A stretch of 64,000 nucleotides of DNA from an uncultured Planctomycetaceae bacterium (lineage in GTDB: Bacteria > Planctomycetota > Planctomycetia > Pirellulales > PALSA-1355). A program made the position numbers and the translations under genes. Numbering within the stretch: the first letter of the stretch is position 1; each line of letters starts with the position of its first letter. Shown here in pieces: positions 48,101 to 63,100 of this stretch. The stretch is from positions 150,132 to 214,131 of the forward strand of contig CAWAUV010000001.1 of the NCBI GenBank assembly GCA_963785305.1, given 5' to 3'. The notes below the pieces were generated by a model. That model searched no databases. It saw nothing but the letters and a program-made list of their open reading frames with translations, and was not told the DNA's origin.

Positions 48101-51100
48101 TGACCGTCAATTCCGGTCTCTCGATCGTCAGTTCCACCAATCAAAGCAACATTGGCGGCGGCACGGACACCGCCACGATCAGCTTCACCAACTTGGTGCT
48201 GAACACCGCCGCCGGTTCGACCGTCGAATTTGCCCAGAATTACCAGAACAACAGCAATGGCAACCTGGGCTTGCAAAGCGATGCCGTCGGCCACTCCGAG
48301 AATATTCTATTTTCGCAGATCAACGGCGTTTCGACCGCGACCGTCGGCGGTGGGCTCACCAACAACATCATTAGTGGCTCGGCCATCGTCGCCGGCAACG
48401 GGACCGGCACTAACAATGCGTATTTCAATTACGGCACGGCCGAGTTCGCCAGCTACATTCCCGGCCTTGGCATCGGCGGCCTGAACACCGCGGGTTTCGC
48501 CGGTTATGACAACGGAGCGACGGGCACGTTGCCCACCTCGCTCGCGTCGACGCAAAACCTCCGCTTGACCGCGAGCACGACATTGCCCTCCGGCGGCGCC
48601 TCTCTGAATTCGTTGAATCTCGTCAATACCGCCGCCTCGACCGCCATCGGCCTGAGCTTCACGAGCGCCAACGACACATTGAACCTAACCAGCGGCGGCT
48701 TGATCGTGCAAAACGTGGTCAATGGCACGAGCGGCGTCGCATCGCTCGGTTCGGCGACCGTTCCCGGGCAGATCACTTCGAGTTTTTCCAATGGCGCCGG
48801 CGCCAATGACCTCTATCTCTACTACTTCAACACCACCGCCGCCAACGTGCTCAGTGATTACTCCGCGATCGTCGACAACGGGACCACGCCGGTTCGCCTC
48901 GTGGCCTACGGCGGCGACTTCGGCGCCGGCAATATCACGCTGCTCGGCACGAACACCTACACCGGCGGCACCCTGGTCAACGGAGAAACGCTGACGATCG
49001 GCGCGACGGGTGTCCTCGGAAGCGGTGGCGTCACGCTCAACGGCGGCTCGCTCGTTGAAGTCGCTGGCGGATCGCTGGGCAGTTCGCCCCAGTCGATCAC
49101 GCTCAATGGTCCCTCGACCCTGACCCTGGCGGCGAACAACGTCATTAGCAGCCTGATATTCAACAACAACGGCGGGTCAACCGCTCCGAATGTCTCGACC
49201 ACCGGCGGAGTGCTCAATATCGCCACCGGCGCCATTACCGCCAGTTCGAGCAATGTCGGCACGACGGCCGTGATCACCGCGGGCACGGTCGACTTGAACA
49301 ACGTCGCCTCGCCCACGATCACGGTCAATCCGATTTCCTACAACGGATCGAACCTGGCGCCGCTGCAACCGACGCTCAATATCGCCGCCGTGCTGCAAGA
49401 CGCCTCGAATCCCGTCACCGTCACCGGCGGCGGAGTGCTCGAGCTCAGCGCGGCAAACACCTTCACCGGCGGCGTGTCGCTGGCCACGGGCACGGGCCTG
49501 ATGTTCAACGCCAACACCGCCACGGTCGGCAGCAATATCTCGACCGGTCCGGTTGGAACCGGCACGCTCTCGCTGGCGAACAACACTTCGTTGCTCACCG
49601 GCGGGACCATCACCGTCGCCAACAACATCGCCCTGCCCTCGGGCACGAGCACCGTCAATTTCGCCAGCACCGGCGCCACGACCAACAGCCTCACGCTGGG
49701 CGGCTATGCCCTGGGCAACATCCAGTTGCAGTCCAGCGCCGTCACCACGCTCAACGTGGTCACGCCGCAGATGACCACCACCCTGGCCGGCGTCGTCACC
49801 GGCGGCGGCGAGCTCGTCAAGAGCGGCCTGGGCACATTGGCGCTCACGAACAACAACTCGTTCACCGGAGGCGTCGTGCTCCAGCAAGGCACGCTCCTAG
49901 CCGAGGGACTCCAGGGAGCCAACGGTAGCCCCCTCAGCGGGTCCGCCGCGATTCCCTTTGGCCTGACCTCCGGCGGCGCCCCGGGCACGCTCACCTATCA
50001 AGGCGGCCTGCTCGACCTGCACAACAACGGCACGGCCAGCAATTCCCAGATTCAATACGCGGCTAACGTGAATGTGGTCAATCGCGCCTCGCTTTCGGCC
50101 GTGATGATCGATGTCAATGATTACAACGGCACGAACACCGGCAACACGATCGTGCTCAATAGCCTCAATTTCACGGGCGCGACCACGACGGCCCCGGTGG
50201 TCGACGTGACCGGCGGCAATTCCTACAGCCTCCGCATCAACAGCGCCAACTTGGGCAGCGTCACATCGCCGGTGAACTTCAATGTCGCCGCCGGTCTCAC
50301 CGTCTATCTGCCGAGCAATTTCAACTCGACCAACGCCATTGACACCGGCGCCGGCAAGCTGGTCTATACCGGATCGACCGTCAACACCGCGGTCGCGGTC
50401 AGCGGCACACAGCAAATCCAACCCTTCGCCGCCTCGACCGCCAACCAGTTCGGCACCAGCGGCGCGATTCAACTCGCCTCGGGCGCCACGCTCCAAGTGT
50501 TGCCCGGTTTCTCGGCCAGCGATCCGCTGACCGGCGCCGGCTACACCGCGGGCGGCCTCAAGGGCCAATATTTCAATAACGTCGGCAACGCCTACGCCCC
50601 GGTTTCCACGAACATGTCGAGCCTCGTGCCCGCCGCCACGATTCCCGGACAATACATCGGCGACGCCAGCGACGCGGTGCATGCCAACCTCGTCGCCAAC
50701 GTGGCCAACTACACCGATAGCAACGCGGTGTATACCGGCCTGCTCAACGTGACCACCGCGGGGATCTATACATTTACCGCCGCGACCGACGACTCGCTCA
50801 AGCTCTCGGTCGATGGCAGCGTGGTTTCCAATATTTTGATGGCTTCGACGGCCGGCACCGGCATCGCACAATCTCAGCCGACTCAGATTTACCTGACCGT
50901 CGGCGAACATTTCATCGACTTGCAAACGGCCAACTTCGGCGGCAACGGCGGCGCCTATGTGCTCTACGGCGGTCCCGACACCACCAGTTCCAACTCGGGC
51001 CTCACCACCACGGGCGGATCCTCGCCGCCGCTCGTGCCGCTCTCCCTGAGCAGCTTGTCTTACAACATCGGTCCCGCCACGGCGGCCAACCTCTATGACA

Positions 51101-54100
51101 ACGCCGCCGTGGTCGGCAACGCCTTGACCTTCTCCGCCACGGGCACGACCGCCACGGTCGACGGCCTCGGCTCGGATCTCAACAGCGCCTTCGCTAGCCT
51201 CACGCTCGGAACTAACAACTCGCTCGTCACCAACAATACCGGTGGCGTCGGTTTCATCGGCGTCATCGGCTCGACGACCGTTTCCGGAACGGGCGCGAGC
51301 GTCGCTCCCAACACCGGTACTCTCTACTTGATCGGCGGCGTGAGCGATGGCGGCAATGGCCTGAAGATGACCGGGACCGGCACACTCATTCTCGGTCCCA
51401 GCGGCACAGGCGTGAGCAATACCTTCACCGGCGCGTTCGCCGTGAATTCCGGTTTCGTGCAGCTCGACGGCGCCCAAAACTCGGGCCTCACGAACTACTT
51501 CACCTCCGGCACGACCACGGTGGCCAGCGGCGCCGAAATCGACCTGAACGGCACGACCAACGTCGGCGGCGGCGCGCTCAACATCACTGGAACTGGCAAC
51601 ACCACCACCGGCCGCTTGACCAACACCGCCGGCACGACCGGCGTGGTGTATAACAGCAGCGCGGCCGCCGCAAGCATGTCCGACGCGATCACCTTCTCCG
51701 GCAATTCCAGCATCGGCGGTTATGGCAATATCACGCTCAGCGGCGCGATTTCGACCAATGGGAATACCTTCACCAAGGTCGGCCCCGACATGCTCACCTT
51801 GAGCGGGACGATCAATTCGCTCACCGGCACGAACACCGTCGCGGCGGGCATTCTGCGAGCCGGCAGCACGAATCCCCTAGGCTCGACCGGGACATTGAGC
51901 GTGACCGCGGGCGCCGCGATCGACCTCAATGGCTTGGCTGTCACGAGCACGATGCCGCTCACGATCAACGGGACCGGCGTCTCGAACACGACCGGCGTGT
52001 CGACCGCCGGCGGCTATGGCAATTACGCCAGCACGCTCGGCGCCTTAATCAACTCCAGCGCGACCAACGCCGCTTCCTACGCGGGTTCCGTCGCGCTTGG
52101 CAGCGGATCGGGCGTGGGCAACAGCAGCTACGCCGCGGCGCCGGCCCTGAGCTACAACGCCATCAGCGGCATTCAGCCGCTGGCCGGCGATATGACACTT
52201 TCGGGAACCGTCACCGGCGCAAACCCTGACCAAGGTCGGCACGGACACGCTTTTCCTGACCAACAGTTCCAACTCGCTCAACAATGTGTATATTCCGAGC
52301 GGCGCCGTGGTATTGCAAGGAACCGGCGCCGAGAGCGCGACCGGCACGAGCAACATCGTGAATCCGGGCGGCACGCTTGTCTTGGACAACACCGCCCAGA
52401 ATGTCAACAGTCGCCTCGACGGCCGCGGGCTCTGGCTGGCCGGAAACCTCACGATCTACGGCAACAGCTCCAGCGCCACCTTGGAAGCGGTCACCCAAGG
52501 CGCCAACAATATCTCGATCGGCAACAATTCGGGCACGGGGAACGCCACGGGCGATGTGACCATCACGTTGAACGCCAACGCGAGCGAACCGCTGACGTTG
52601 CAAGTGGCCACCACCAGCACCTCGATTTTTAGCCGCGGCATCGCTCAAAGCACCGCGCTCTACCGCGGCACGAACCTCGGCACTAGCGCGTTCGGCACCG
52701 CCGGCAGCGCCAACATCGAAGGCGGCGCGACGAGTGTTTGGGCCAATAGCGGCCTGGTCGGGCAAACCGGCGCCATTACGGCGGCCAATGCCGGCATCGA
52801 ACCGTGGGCCCTGGTGGATAACACGGCCACGGGCAATGGAACCGGCTTCGCGGTTTACAACACCACCAACGGTGTTTCCTCGATGCTCAACAACAGTACT
52901 TCCTACGTCAGCACGCTCACCGCCAGCGACAACGTCGTGACCACGACCGGCTTGACCGCCGCCTCGGGTTTCACGGCAATCAATTCGCTCACTTTGAACG
53001 GAACCGGCAGCTCGCTCACGATCGGCGCCGGCAATTTCATCCAATTGGAGAGCGGTGGTCTCTTGGGCATCGGCACGGTGTCGGTAAGCGGCCCTGGCTA
53101 CCTGACCTCGTCGGGCAACACGACCGTGGGAAACAACGCCGGCGAACTGATTTTGCAAACGCCCAATCCCGACGCAGGCGGCACGACCACGCTCACGATT
53201 AGCGCCCAGATTTATGAGTCGGGTGGCGGCCTGACCAAGGCCGGCAATGGCACGGCAGTCCTCGGGGCCGGCGCTCCTTACCAAGCGACCTTCCTGGGCA
53301 ACACAATCGTCAACAACGGCACGCTCCAGCTCAACGGCGGCAATCAAACAATCTTCACGCCGTTCAACGTGGCGGCCACCGTCGGCAATGCCGGCCTCGT
53401 GACCCAGCAAGCCGAGGTTCTACAAGTGAACCCGGGCGGCGTCGTGGACCTCAACGGCACGACCCAGGTGGTGAACAACTTCAATAGCACCTCGGCCACC
53501 GATGGCCAAGGCGGCTCGGTGATCAATTCCAATGCCAGCACGGTCGCCACGCTGATCATTTCCAATTCCGGCAACCAGACCTATTCCGGCACGATCGGCG
53601 GCGGCGCTGGCGCCCTGAACTTGGTGCGCGATTCGGGCTCGACCGCGACCTTCAACTCCCCGCTCGCCTACACCGGCTCCACGACGCTCCAGGGCGGCCT
53701 CACGAACCTGATCGATCAGGCCACGATCAATAGCACTTCGGCCATCGACATTCGCCACAGCGTGCTAGAGTGGAACGACACCGGAACCACCGCCAACAGC
53801 TATCGCTTGGGCGCGGCGGGCAGCCTCGCGCCGATCACGCTCGATGGCGGCGCCTTCGATTTCAGCGGACGGAGCGGCACTTCCGACGTGGCCAATATCG
53901 GCGCCGTCACGTTGAATTCCGGCAGCTCGGGAATCTATGTGGCGAACAACGGCGATGGCTCGGCCACGCTCAACATCGCCTCGCTCTCGCGAACCACCGG
54001 CTCGGAAGTCACCTTCAGCGCGGGCATTGCCGCGAGCGTCGCCACGGGCGCCTTGGGGCAGAATCCCTACGTCTATCTGGGAACCGCGCCCACCTTGGTC

Positions 54101-57100
54101 AACGGCATCCTCGGCGGCTGGGCGCTCGTCTACAACGGCACCGATCTGAGCCGCACCGGCACGATCACGGGCATCGAGTTCGCCACGTACAGCACCACCA
54201 CGGGCGTCGTGGGCGAGGGGAATTTCAATTACAACAATGCCGGCAACGCCGGCAATACTTTTGGCGCCGGGCTCAACACCCATCTCACCGGAAGCCAAAC
54301 GCTGCCCGGCACGGTGGGCAGCCCCGCCACGGTCAGTTCCAATTCACTCACGATGGACGGAGCCGGCATCACGGTCACCTTCGTCAACTCGGGCGACACG
54401 CTCTCGCTACAAAGCGGCGGTATTCTTTCAGGCGTCGACGCGAACAGTCGCGTCATTGGCGCCACCCCGGGCCAAGGCAATCTGACCAGCACCTCGCTCG
54501 CGCCCGGCTCGGCCACGCAAACCGAGCTGTTTATCCACAACGCCTCGGCCAATGCCTTGACGATCAATTCCAACATCATCGACTCGGCCTCGGGCCCCTT
54601 GAATCTGGTGTTGGATAACGCCAGCATCCAAAACTCGCAAATCTATCTGCAAGGCAACAACACCTATTCCGGCGCCACGTATGTGAACAGCGTGCAGGCA
54701 TATCTGAACTCCTTCAACGGCGGAGTGGCGATTCCCAGCGCCAATGTTTACCTCTCCAGCAGCACCAACAACGGCGGCGACTCGGAGACCTACACTCAGA
54801 GCGGCATGACCCTGTTGGCCAACAATCAGATCAACTCCGCCGCCACGGTCACGATGTATGGCGGAACCTATTTCAATCTCAACGGCTTCAACCAAACGCT
54901 CGCCAACCTGACCATCACCAACGACGGCAACTCGCAAGGGAACGTCGGCCCCACGATCGCCACCTATGGCCAATATGCGACCAACAACACCGGCGGCGCC
55001 GGCGTGCTCACCGTTTCCGGGCAAATCTACGCCCAGACGCTCGGAGTGACCAACGCCGGCGGCTTGGCCAATATCGGCCAGGTCGACACGATCCCCACGA
55101 TCAACGGCCTCTTGTCGATGACGGCCGCCACGCCCACGATCAAGGTCGATCCGAGCAACCTCCCGGGCCAAATCGGCCTGGAACTCAACGCGGTGTTGAC
55201 CGGCGTCGGCGGATCGGCGAACAATGGGGCGATCGCCATCAGCACCGGCGCGGCCGCGGGCGGCGTGATCGGCCTCGGCGGCCAGCAAGGCGCCCAGGCC
55301 ACGGGCTATGCCCCTTACACCGGCGCCCTGAATGTGGCGGCGAGCACGACCGTGGCCTTTGGCGCGGGCGGCGTCAATTACGGCGGATCGCAAGTCAACC
55401 TGGGCAGCTCGACCGCCGTGCTCGATTCCCGCGCTCTCACCGGCTATGTCGGCTCGATCGTCGGCTCCGGCGTGATTCAGAACTACAATCTCAACACGGC
55501 CGGCGCGATCTTCACCGGTCTCGACGGAACATCGGGCACGTTCTCGGGCACGATCAATAGCCCGTTCTCCTCCGGTTTGTTGAGCATCACCAAAGTCGGG
55601 GCCGGAACATGGACGCTCACGGGCAACAGCTACGCCGCCAATCAAACCAACTCCGGCACGCTCGCCGTCAGCGGCGGCACGGTCGATGTCAACGCGACCG
55701 GCGCCTTGAGTTTCCAGACCTACGCGCTGAACCCAGGCGGCACGCTGCTGCTCGACGATAGCGGCACGGCGCAGAACAACCGGCTGGGAACCGCGTACAA
55801 CCAGGAAACCGCCAACATTTCCAGCACCACATCGAACCGCAACGTGAGCTTCACCGGCGGCAATCTGACCATCAACGGCAACGCCAGCGCGGCGGTGACC
55901 GAGGGCATCGGCGCGATCAATTCGGTTGCCGGCGGCGGAGTGCTCACCCTGGGCGCGGCGGGAACCGGCGGCGTCAACGTCAACGTGACCGCCGCGCTCG
56001 CTGGCCAGGGCCAGGAGACCTCGCTGCTCATCCGAGGCAGTGGTCTTGGCAATGCCGCCGGATCCAACACGGCGGTGCTGACGTTCGCCGGCGGCCTTGG
56101 GGCGCCGGGCACGCAGGGCGGCGGCGCGGTCGGCACGACCACCATGACCGTCCGGCCCGACATCATTGCCGACAACTCGAGCACCGGCACGGGCATTGGT
56201 TTCTTGGCCCAACTGGGCGGCAACGGCTCGCCGGTGGGACCGATCACCGGCAGCGAGCTCGCTCCTTCGCTAGCGGTCTCGAACACCACGGCGCTCTTGG
56301 AAACCAATGTCGGGCTCAGCGCCCCGACGTCGATTACCTCGTCGGTTTATGCCAATACGCTTACGATGGGATCGGGCGATGGAATTAGCAATGGCTTCGC
56401 GGCCGGCAGCAATTGGGGCGGGTCGGGATTGAATCAGATTTATCTGAACGCGAGCGGCATTTTGGCCTTGGGCAACCTCGGCGCCAGCGGGTCCACGACC
56501 ACCACGATCTCCGGCGGTGCGCTGGAATCGGCGGGCGTCACTTATGACTTCAACGTGGTCAACCAGCCGTCGTCGGTCGGGACCGGTCTCACGACGTTGA
56601 TCGTCAACGCCCCGATTGTCTCGGCCAGCGGCTGGGTCAAGGCCGACAGTGGCACGATGGTGCTGGAGCAGCCGTTCATCAACACCAACGGCGGTGGCAA
56701 GATCGTCTCGGTCAATGGCGGAACCTTGCAGCTCGCTGGCGGCGCCAACACCATTTGGAGCCAAGTGGGCGCCGCCGCGGCGCCCAGCGTCACGACGCTG
56801 TTCGTGAACAACGGCACGGTCGATCTGGCCGGCAATAGCGAACTTCTCGGCCCGCTGGCCAGCACCAGTTCGCTGCCCTATGCCGGCGGCACGGCGGCCA
56901 GCCCCAACGCCGTGATTCTCAATAGCGGCTCGAGCGCCGCGAACTTGATCACATATATGACCAGCGCGCAGACGTTCGCGGGCGAAATCAACAATGCCAT
57001 GGGCTCCGGCGCAATTTCCCTCTATCAGCAGGGCGCCAACGTCCTGACGCTTGAAAGCCCCAGCAGCTTGACCGGCGCGGTCAACATCGAAGGCTCGGGC

Positions 57101-60100
57101 ATCACCCTGCAAGACCAGGGCGCCTTTACGGGCGCCAGCGCGATTAACGTGTACGTGGGCACATTGAACTTGAACAATCAGGCGTTGTACGATGTAACGA
57201 GCCGCGTTGGCTCTAGTCCGATCAGTCTCTACTCTGGCACGTTGGCATTCAACGCGCGAGAAGGCGTCGATAGCCAGACCGCCGGGCCGCTCACCGCGGC
57301 GCTCGGCGCCTCGACGGTCACGCTGGGCGAATACAACAACAACCAGCAGTCGGGCACAAGCACGCTCACGATGAATAGCCTGAGCCAAACGGCCGCCAAT
57401 GCCGGCACGGTCAATTTCACGGTCAGCAATGGCGGAACGCTCGGGCAATATGGCGGTCAGTCGCATGTGCTGTTCACCGCCGCCCCGACACTCACCGGCA
57501 ACATCATCGGCGGTTGGGCCGTGGTTAACGGCGCCGACTTCGCCAGCTACAACTCGACTCAGGGCGTCGGCGCCTTGGGAACCACCGGGTTCGCCACCTA
57601 TACGACCTTGCCGGCCTCGAACGGCGTGATTACCACGAACTATCAGGCGACCGCCACGACCGAAAGCATCCTCTCGCAAACGGTCAATTCATTCGCCGTC
57701 CGCTCGCCCGGCGCCGCGACCGTCGTCGGCCTGAGCGATCCGACCCAGGTGCTCAATATCAATACCGGCGGCTTCCTGGTAAACGATAGTGGCGCGAAAG
57801 GCGTGACCATCCAGGGCGGCCAAATTACCGCCGGCGGCAATTCGAGCAGTCCGGCCACGCTGTACTACTACACCAACAACAATACCCAGGTCTTCAATAG
57901 CGAGATCGTGAACAACAACCTGACCGGCGCCGCGGTCAGCTTGGCCAAGTCCGGCGCCGGCACGATGACGCTCACCCCGCTCGTCACCGACTCCGTCGCC
58001 CTGCCGGCCAGCGGCACGTCCTCGCTCACCGTCACGAGCGCGACGGGCCTGTTCGTGGGCATGAACGTCAGCGGCACGAATATGCCCGCTGGCGCGACGA
58101 TCTCCTCCATCAGCGGCAATACCGTGAATATCAGCGGAACCACCACGGAAACCGCCGCGGCCACGGTGCAGGTGTCGTTTGCCCCGCCCACGACGTCGAG
58201 CGCCACCATCGCCGGCAGCACGACGGTCACCAACAACGCCTTCAGTTTCACTCCGATGGTCGGCATGGCCATCGGCGGCGCCGGTGTTCCCTTTGGCGAC
58301 ACGATCACGGCCGTCACTGGAACCGCGGGCAGTTACACCCTCACCCTGGCCAGCGCCGCCACCGCCACCAACTCCTCGGTCACGCTGACCTACGGCGCGG
58401 CGTCGAACGCCTACAGCGGAACGACCTATGTCGATCAAGGCACGTTGAACCTGACATCCTACGCCGGTAGCTCGCCGCTGGGCGCCAGCGCCAGCATCGT
58501 GATCGACAACGGCGCCACCCTGGCCGAAATCACCACCAATTCCGCCGCCCAGCAGATCAATCCGGCGTCGAATATCACGTTCAATGGCGCGGCCACGCTG
58601 ACATTGGGCGCCGGGATCAATCACGTCCTCAACAGCCTGACGTTCAACGACCTCGGCGCCACGGCCGGCATCGCCCTGGCGATTCCCACTGGCACGACGT
58701 TGAATCTCACGGCGACCGGCGCCGGCGGCGCCGGCTCCAGCGCCATCACGGCCATTACCGATAACAGTGGATTCATTCCCTCGATCACCACCGGCACGCT
58801 CGCCCTCGGCGCCTCGCCCACCATCACCACCGGCGGCGTGGGATTGGAGAGCCTGATCCTCACCTCGCCGATCACCGTGACCAGCGGCCCGATCACCTTC
58901 AACGGCTCGGGCACGACGGTGATGAACAACGCGGCGAACACGTTCACCGGCGGCGTCGTGCTGTCCGGCACGGCGGGATTGATTGTCGACAGTAGCTCTG
59001 TCGGCGCCACCAATCCCTATGCCGCCCCGATGGTCAGCGGTCCTCTCGGAACCGGATCGATCACGATTTCCGGCGGCAACCTCTTGGAGGGCGGCGCGGC
59101 CGAGACCATCGGCAACAACATCGTCTTCAGTGGCACGAACCCGTCGCTGACTTTGGCCGGCACGGTGTCCAGCGCCTCGAACGCCTTGACACTCTCGGGC
59201 TCGGTTGCCTTGGGCACATCGACTCCGACGATCAGTGTCCCGGCGCAAACATCACCGAGACCATCTCCGGACCAATGTCGGGCTCGGCGGGCTTGAATTT
59301 GACCGGCGCCGGCTCCTTGCTGGTCAGTTCGTCTTACAACGGCTACTCGGGAGCGACGAACGTCTCTGGCGCGGCGTTGGTGGTGGGAGCGGCGAATGCC
59401 TTGTCCCCCAATAGCGCCTATTCGATCGGCGCCACTGGAGCGCTGAATCTGAACGGCTATAACGCCACGATCGGCGCCTTGGCCGGCTCGGGCGTCATTA
59501 CCAATTCCGCGGCAAGCCTCAACGGCTTGGTCGTCGGAGCCGAGAACACGTCGACCACCTTCAGCGGCGCCTTGACCAACGCGCCCACGTCGGAAGGCTT
59601 GGTGCTCAACCTCATCGGAACGGGTGGATTGACCCTGACGAACACCGCTAGCAATTACGTCGGTGGAACCTATATCAGCAGCGGCACGCTCACCATGGGC
59701 GGCGGCTCGAGCTCGGCGGAAGTGACGGGCATCGGCGCGGTCAATGTGCTAGGCGGCGCCCTCGCCGGCAGCGGCACGGTGGCGGCCTTGAACCTCGCGG
59801 GCGGCGCGGTCGACTTCACATTGCCGTCGAGCACTTCGGCGCCACCGATCATCGTCAGCGGCGCCTTGAACCCCACGGCGCCCACGACGATCAACATCGG
59901 CGGCTCCGGCGCCGTGGCCGGCGATCAATATCAGTTGCTCAGCTATGCCGGCTCCGCCCTCAGCGCCACTCAGTTCGCCGAGCTTCAGCTTGGCGCGACT
60001 CCCGGCGGAGGCTTGACGTACACGCTGGTAAACGACACCGCAAGGCAGTCGGTCGACGTCTTGCGCAGACCCCCTCGGCCGTTCCGACGCAGACGTTCAC

Positions 60101-63100
60101 CGGCGCGACATTCAACGCCACGGCCGGCTCCTATAACTGGGATACCACCACCGCGAACTGGTCGGGCGCCGCCACCGTGTTCAGCGCCGGCAATGCCGTG
60201 ACGTTCAACGACACCGCGAACAATTCGGCGATCGAATCGACCACGATCAAAATCGGCGGAACCACGCCGGTCTCGCCGCAATCGATTACCGTCAACAGCT
60301 CGAATCTGAACTACAACATCTCGACGCCGCTCACGGGCGTCGCTGGCGGCTTGATTAAGTCGGGCACCTCGAACCTGACTCTAACCGGCGCCAACACGAT
60401 CTCGGGCGCCACGTCGCTCAATGGCGGAACCTTGGAAATCGCCGCCACGAACACCACCAACGGCTTGGGAACGAGCCCGGTGACGATGGGCGCTGGCACG
60501 ACCTTGCAATTCGATCCCACGGCCTCGACCGCGACGAGCGGTCTGACCGCCCGGTTCGTTGTCAGCTCCGCTGGCCTGCCCAACGATAATGTCGGTCCGC
60601 AGAACTTCGGCGCGGGATCCGTCGGCTACATCACCGAGACGTTCGCCTTCACCACCGCCAATGGCTTGAACACCACCAATGTCACGGCGCCCACGAATTG
60701 GGGCGCCTCGGTCGGCGGCAACGCCAACAACCCGGCGGCTTATTACGCCACGCAATTCTTGGGCAAGATCGACATCGTCACCCCCGGCTACTACAGTTTC
60801 ACGACCGGCTCCGACGATGGCAGCCGCCTCTTCATCGATAACACGCTCGTGGCGGCTTCCGATGGCGCCAAGGGCACAGTATACGCCGGCGGCAGCGGCA
60901 TCTATCTCACCGCCGGCTTGCACGAAATCGATGTTCTTTACAACCAGGGCGGCGGCGGCCTTCAGGAGAATGTGCTCTGGTCCGGCCCCGGCGTCGGCAC
61001 GAACGTCACGATCCCCTCGAGCCTGATCTTCGCGGCGGAGAACGCCAACGTGGGCGGCACGACCGCCACGCTCAGCGCCAACACCGCCACCAGCACCACG
61101 GTCACCGTCGCGAGCACCACTGGCTTATACGCCGGCGAGTCCGTGACCGGCTCGGGCGTGCCGGTCGGCGACTTCATCAGCAGCATTACCAATGCGACCA
61201 CGTTCGTCTTGGGCAATAGCCTCGGCAACGCGGCGGCCACGACCAGTTCGCTCACCGGCACTCCGCTCACCTTCGTCAACGCCGGCACGTCGAACAACCT
61301 CGAACAACTCGGCAACAACATCACTGTCAGCGGTTCGTCGACGATCAATCTCAACGGCTCGAACTTCGTCGGCGTGCAGGTCGGCTCCTTGAATATCGGC
61401 TCGGGCGACACGCTGAACGTGAACGGGGCCGCCGGCAAGGAGTTCCGCGCTTCGACCACCTCGGTCGCCGGCACGCTGACGATCAACAACAGCGTGAATG
61501 TCTATCCCGGCGCGATCACCGACGGCGGCGTTGCCGCCACGGTCAACAAGCTCGGCGTCGGCACGCTGGTGTTCGACGCCAGCAGCGTGGGCGGCGTCGG
61601 CTTGGCCAGCAGCATGATCGCGACTTCGAACATCAGCGTGCAGGCCGGAACCGTCGAGCTCGACCCGAGCGTCGGCGGTCCCGACCCGATCGGCTCGGCC
61701 CAAGTCACCCTGGCCGGCGGCAATCTCCAACTCAATAGCCAAGGCGCGGTGGCGGTGAACAGCGTGTTCCCGACAACCAATACCACGCTTTACAACAATG
61801 TCGTGAATCTCACGGCGAGCGGCACGATCCAGGTCGTGCCCGATGGTGGCGCCACCAACAATTACATGACGGAAATCCTGGGCAGCGCGACCGCCGGCGT
61901 CAACCTGGGAACCAGTAGCGGCAACACCTTGACGGTCGACGTGTTTGGCGGCAACCGCGGCGGCGCCACGAACACGGCCGTTTTGGCCTACGGCGCCACG
62001 CTGCAAATCAATGGCTCGATCACCGGCTCCGGCAATCTCGCCCTGCAATCGTCGCAGTTCAACACCGCGACCAACACCGCTGGCTCGTCGCAGTACCCGA
62101 TCCCGGGCACGATGGTCCTTACCGCGGCGAACACCTTCACCGGCTCGGTGACGGAGAACGGTCCTTACACGAACACCGCCAACCCGCTCAACCTCACGCT
62201 GCAAGGCGCCGCGACCTTGTCCGGCACGTCGGGCATCACGGTGAACTCGGCGCAGCTGACGGTCGACGACAACGTGAATGGCGCGCTGGCGAATCGCCTG
62301 GGTGTCGGCGTCGCGGCCGCGCCGATCACGCTCAACGGCAGCGTGGTGCAATTCAATGCCAACAATACGGCCGGCGTCAACACGACGGAAACGATGGGCG
62401 CGCTCACCCTGAACGGCGGCGACAACCAGATCCGCGTGGCCAATGCGCCCGCCGGCAGTCTCGACCTCTACACGGCGGCGAGCCTGGCGCGAAACAACAA
62501 TGCCACCGCGATCTTCGTCGGCTCCGTGCTGGGCGGCGCCGCGACCACCGTCGATCAGATCCAGTTCACCACCGCTCCCACGCTTCAAGGCGCCGGAGGC
62601 AGCGCGGGCTCGAATACCATCAGCATTCTGCCCTATGCCATCGGACAGTCCGCCGGCGGCTCCTATCTGCCCGTGACCTACGATTCCAACGGCATCCGCA
62701 CGTTGAACACCACCACCGAGTTGGTCTCATCGTTCGGCGCCAGCACCGCCAGCAATGTGCGCGACGCCATCAACGCGGCGACATTCTCGACCAACTCGGG
62801 AACATTTAATTCGCTGACATTGGACAACACCACCGCGGCCGCGACCACGGACACGCTGTCGGGCGCCGTGAATATCGGTCCAAATGCCGCTGGCACGCAA
62901 GGTTTGTTGCTGTTGGCCAACACCAACGGCACGCAGTCGGCGACCACGGTGACGGGCGGTTCGATCTCGTTCGGCGCCAGCGAAGGCGTCATCATGGTCA
63001 CGGGCGCCGCCGGCGCCGTGGTGAGCGCCCCCATCAGCGGAAGCGCCGGCATCACCACCGGCGGCTTCGGCAGCTTGACCCTCAGCGGCGCCAACACATA

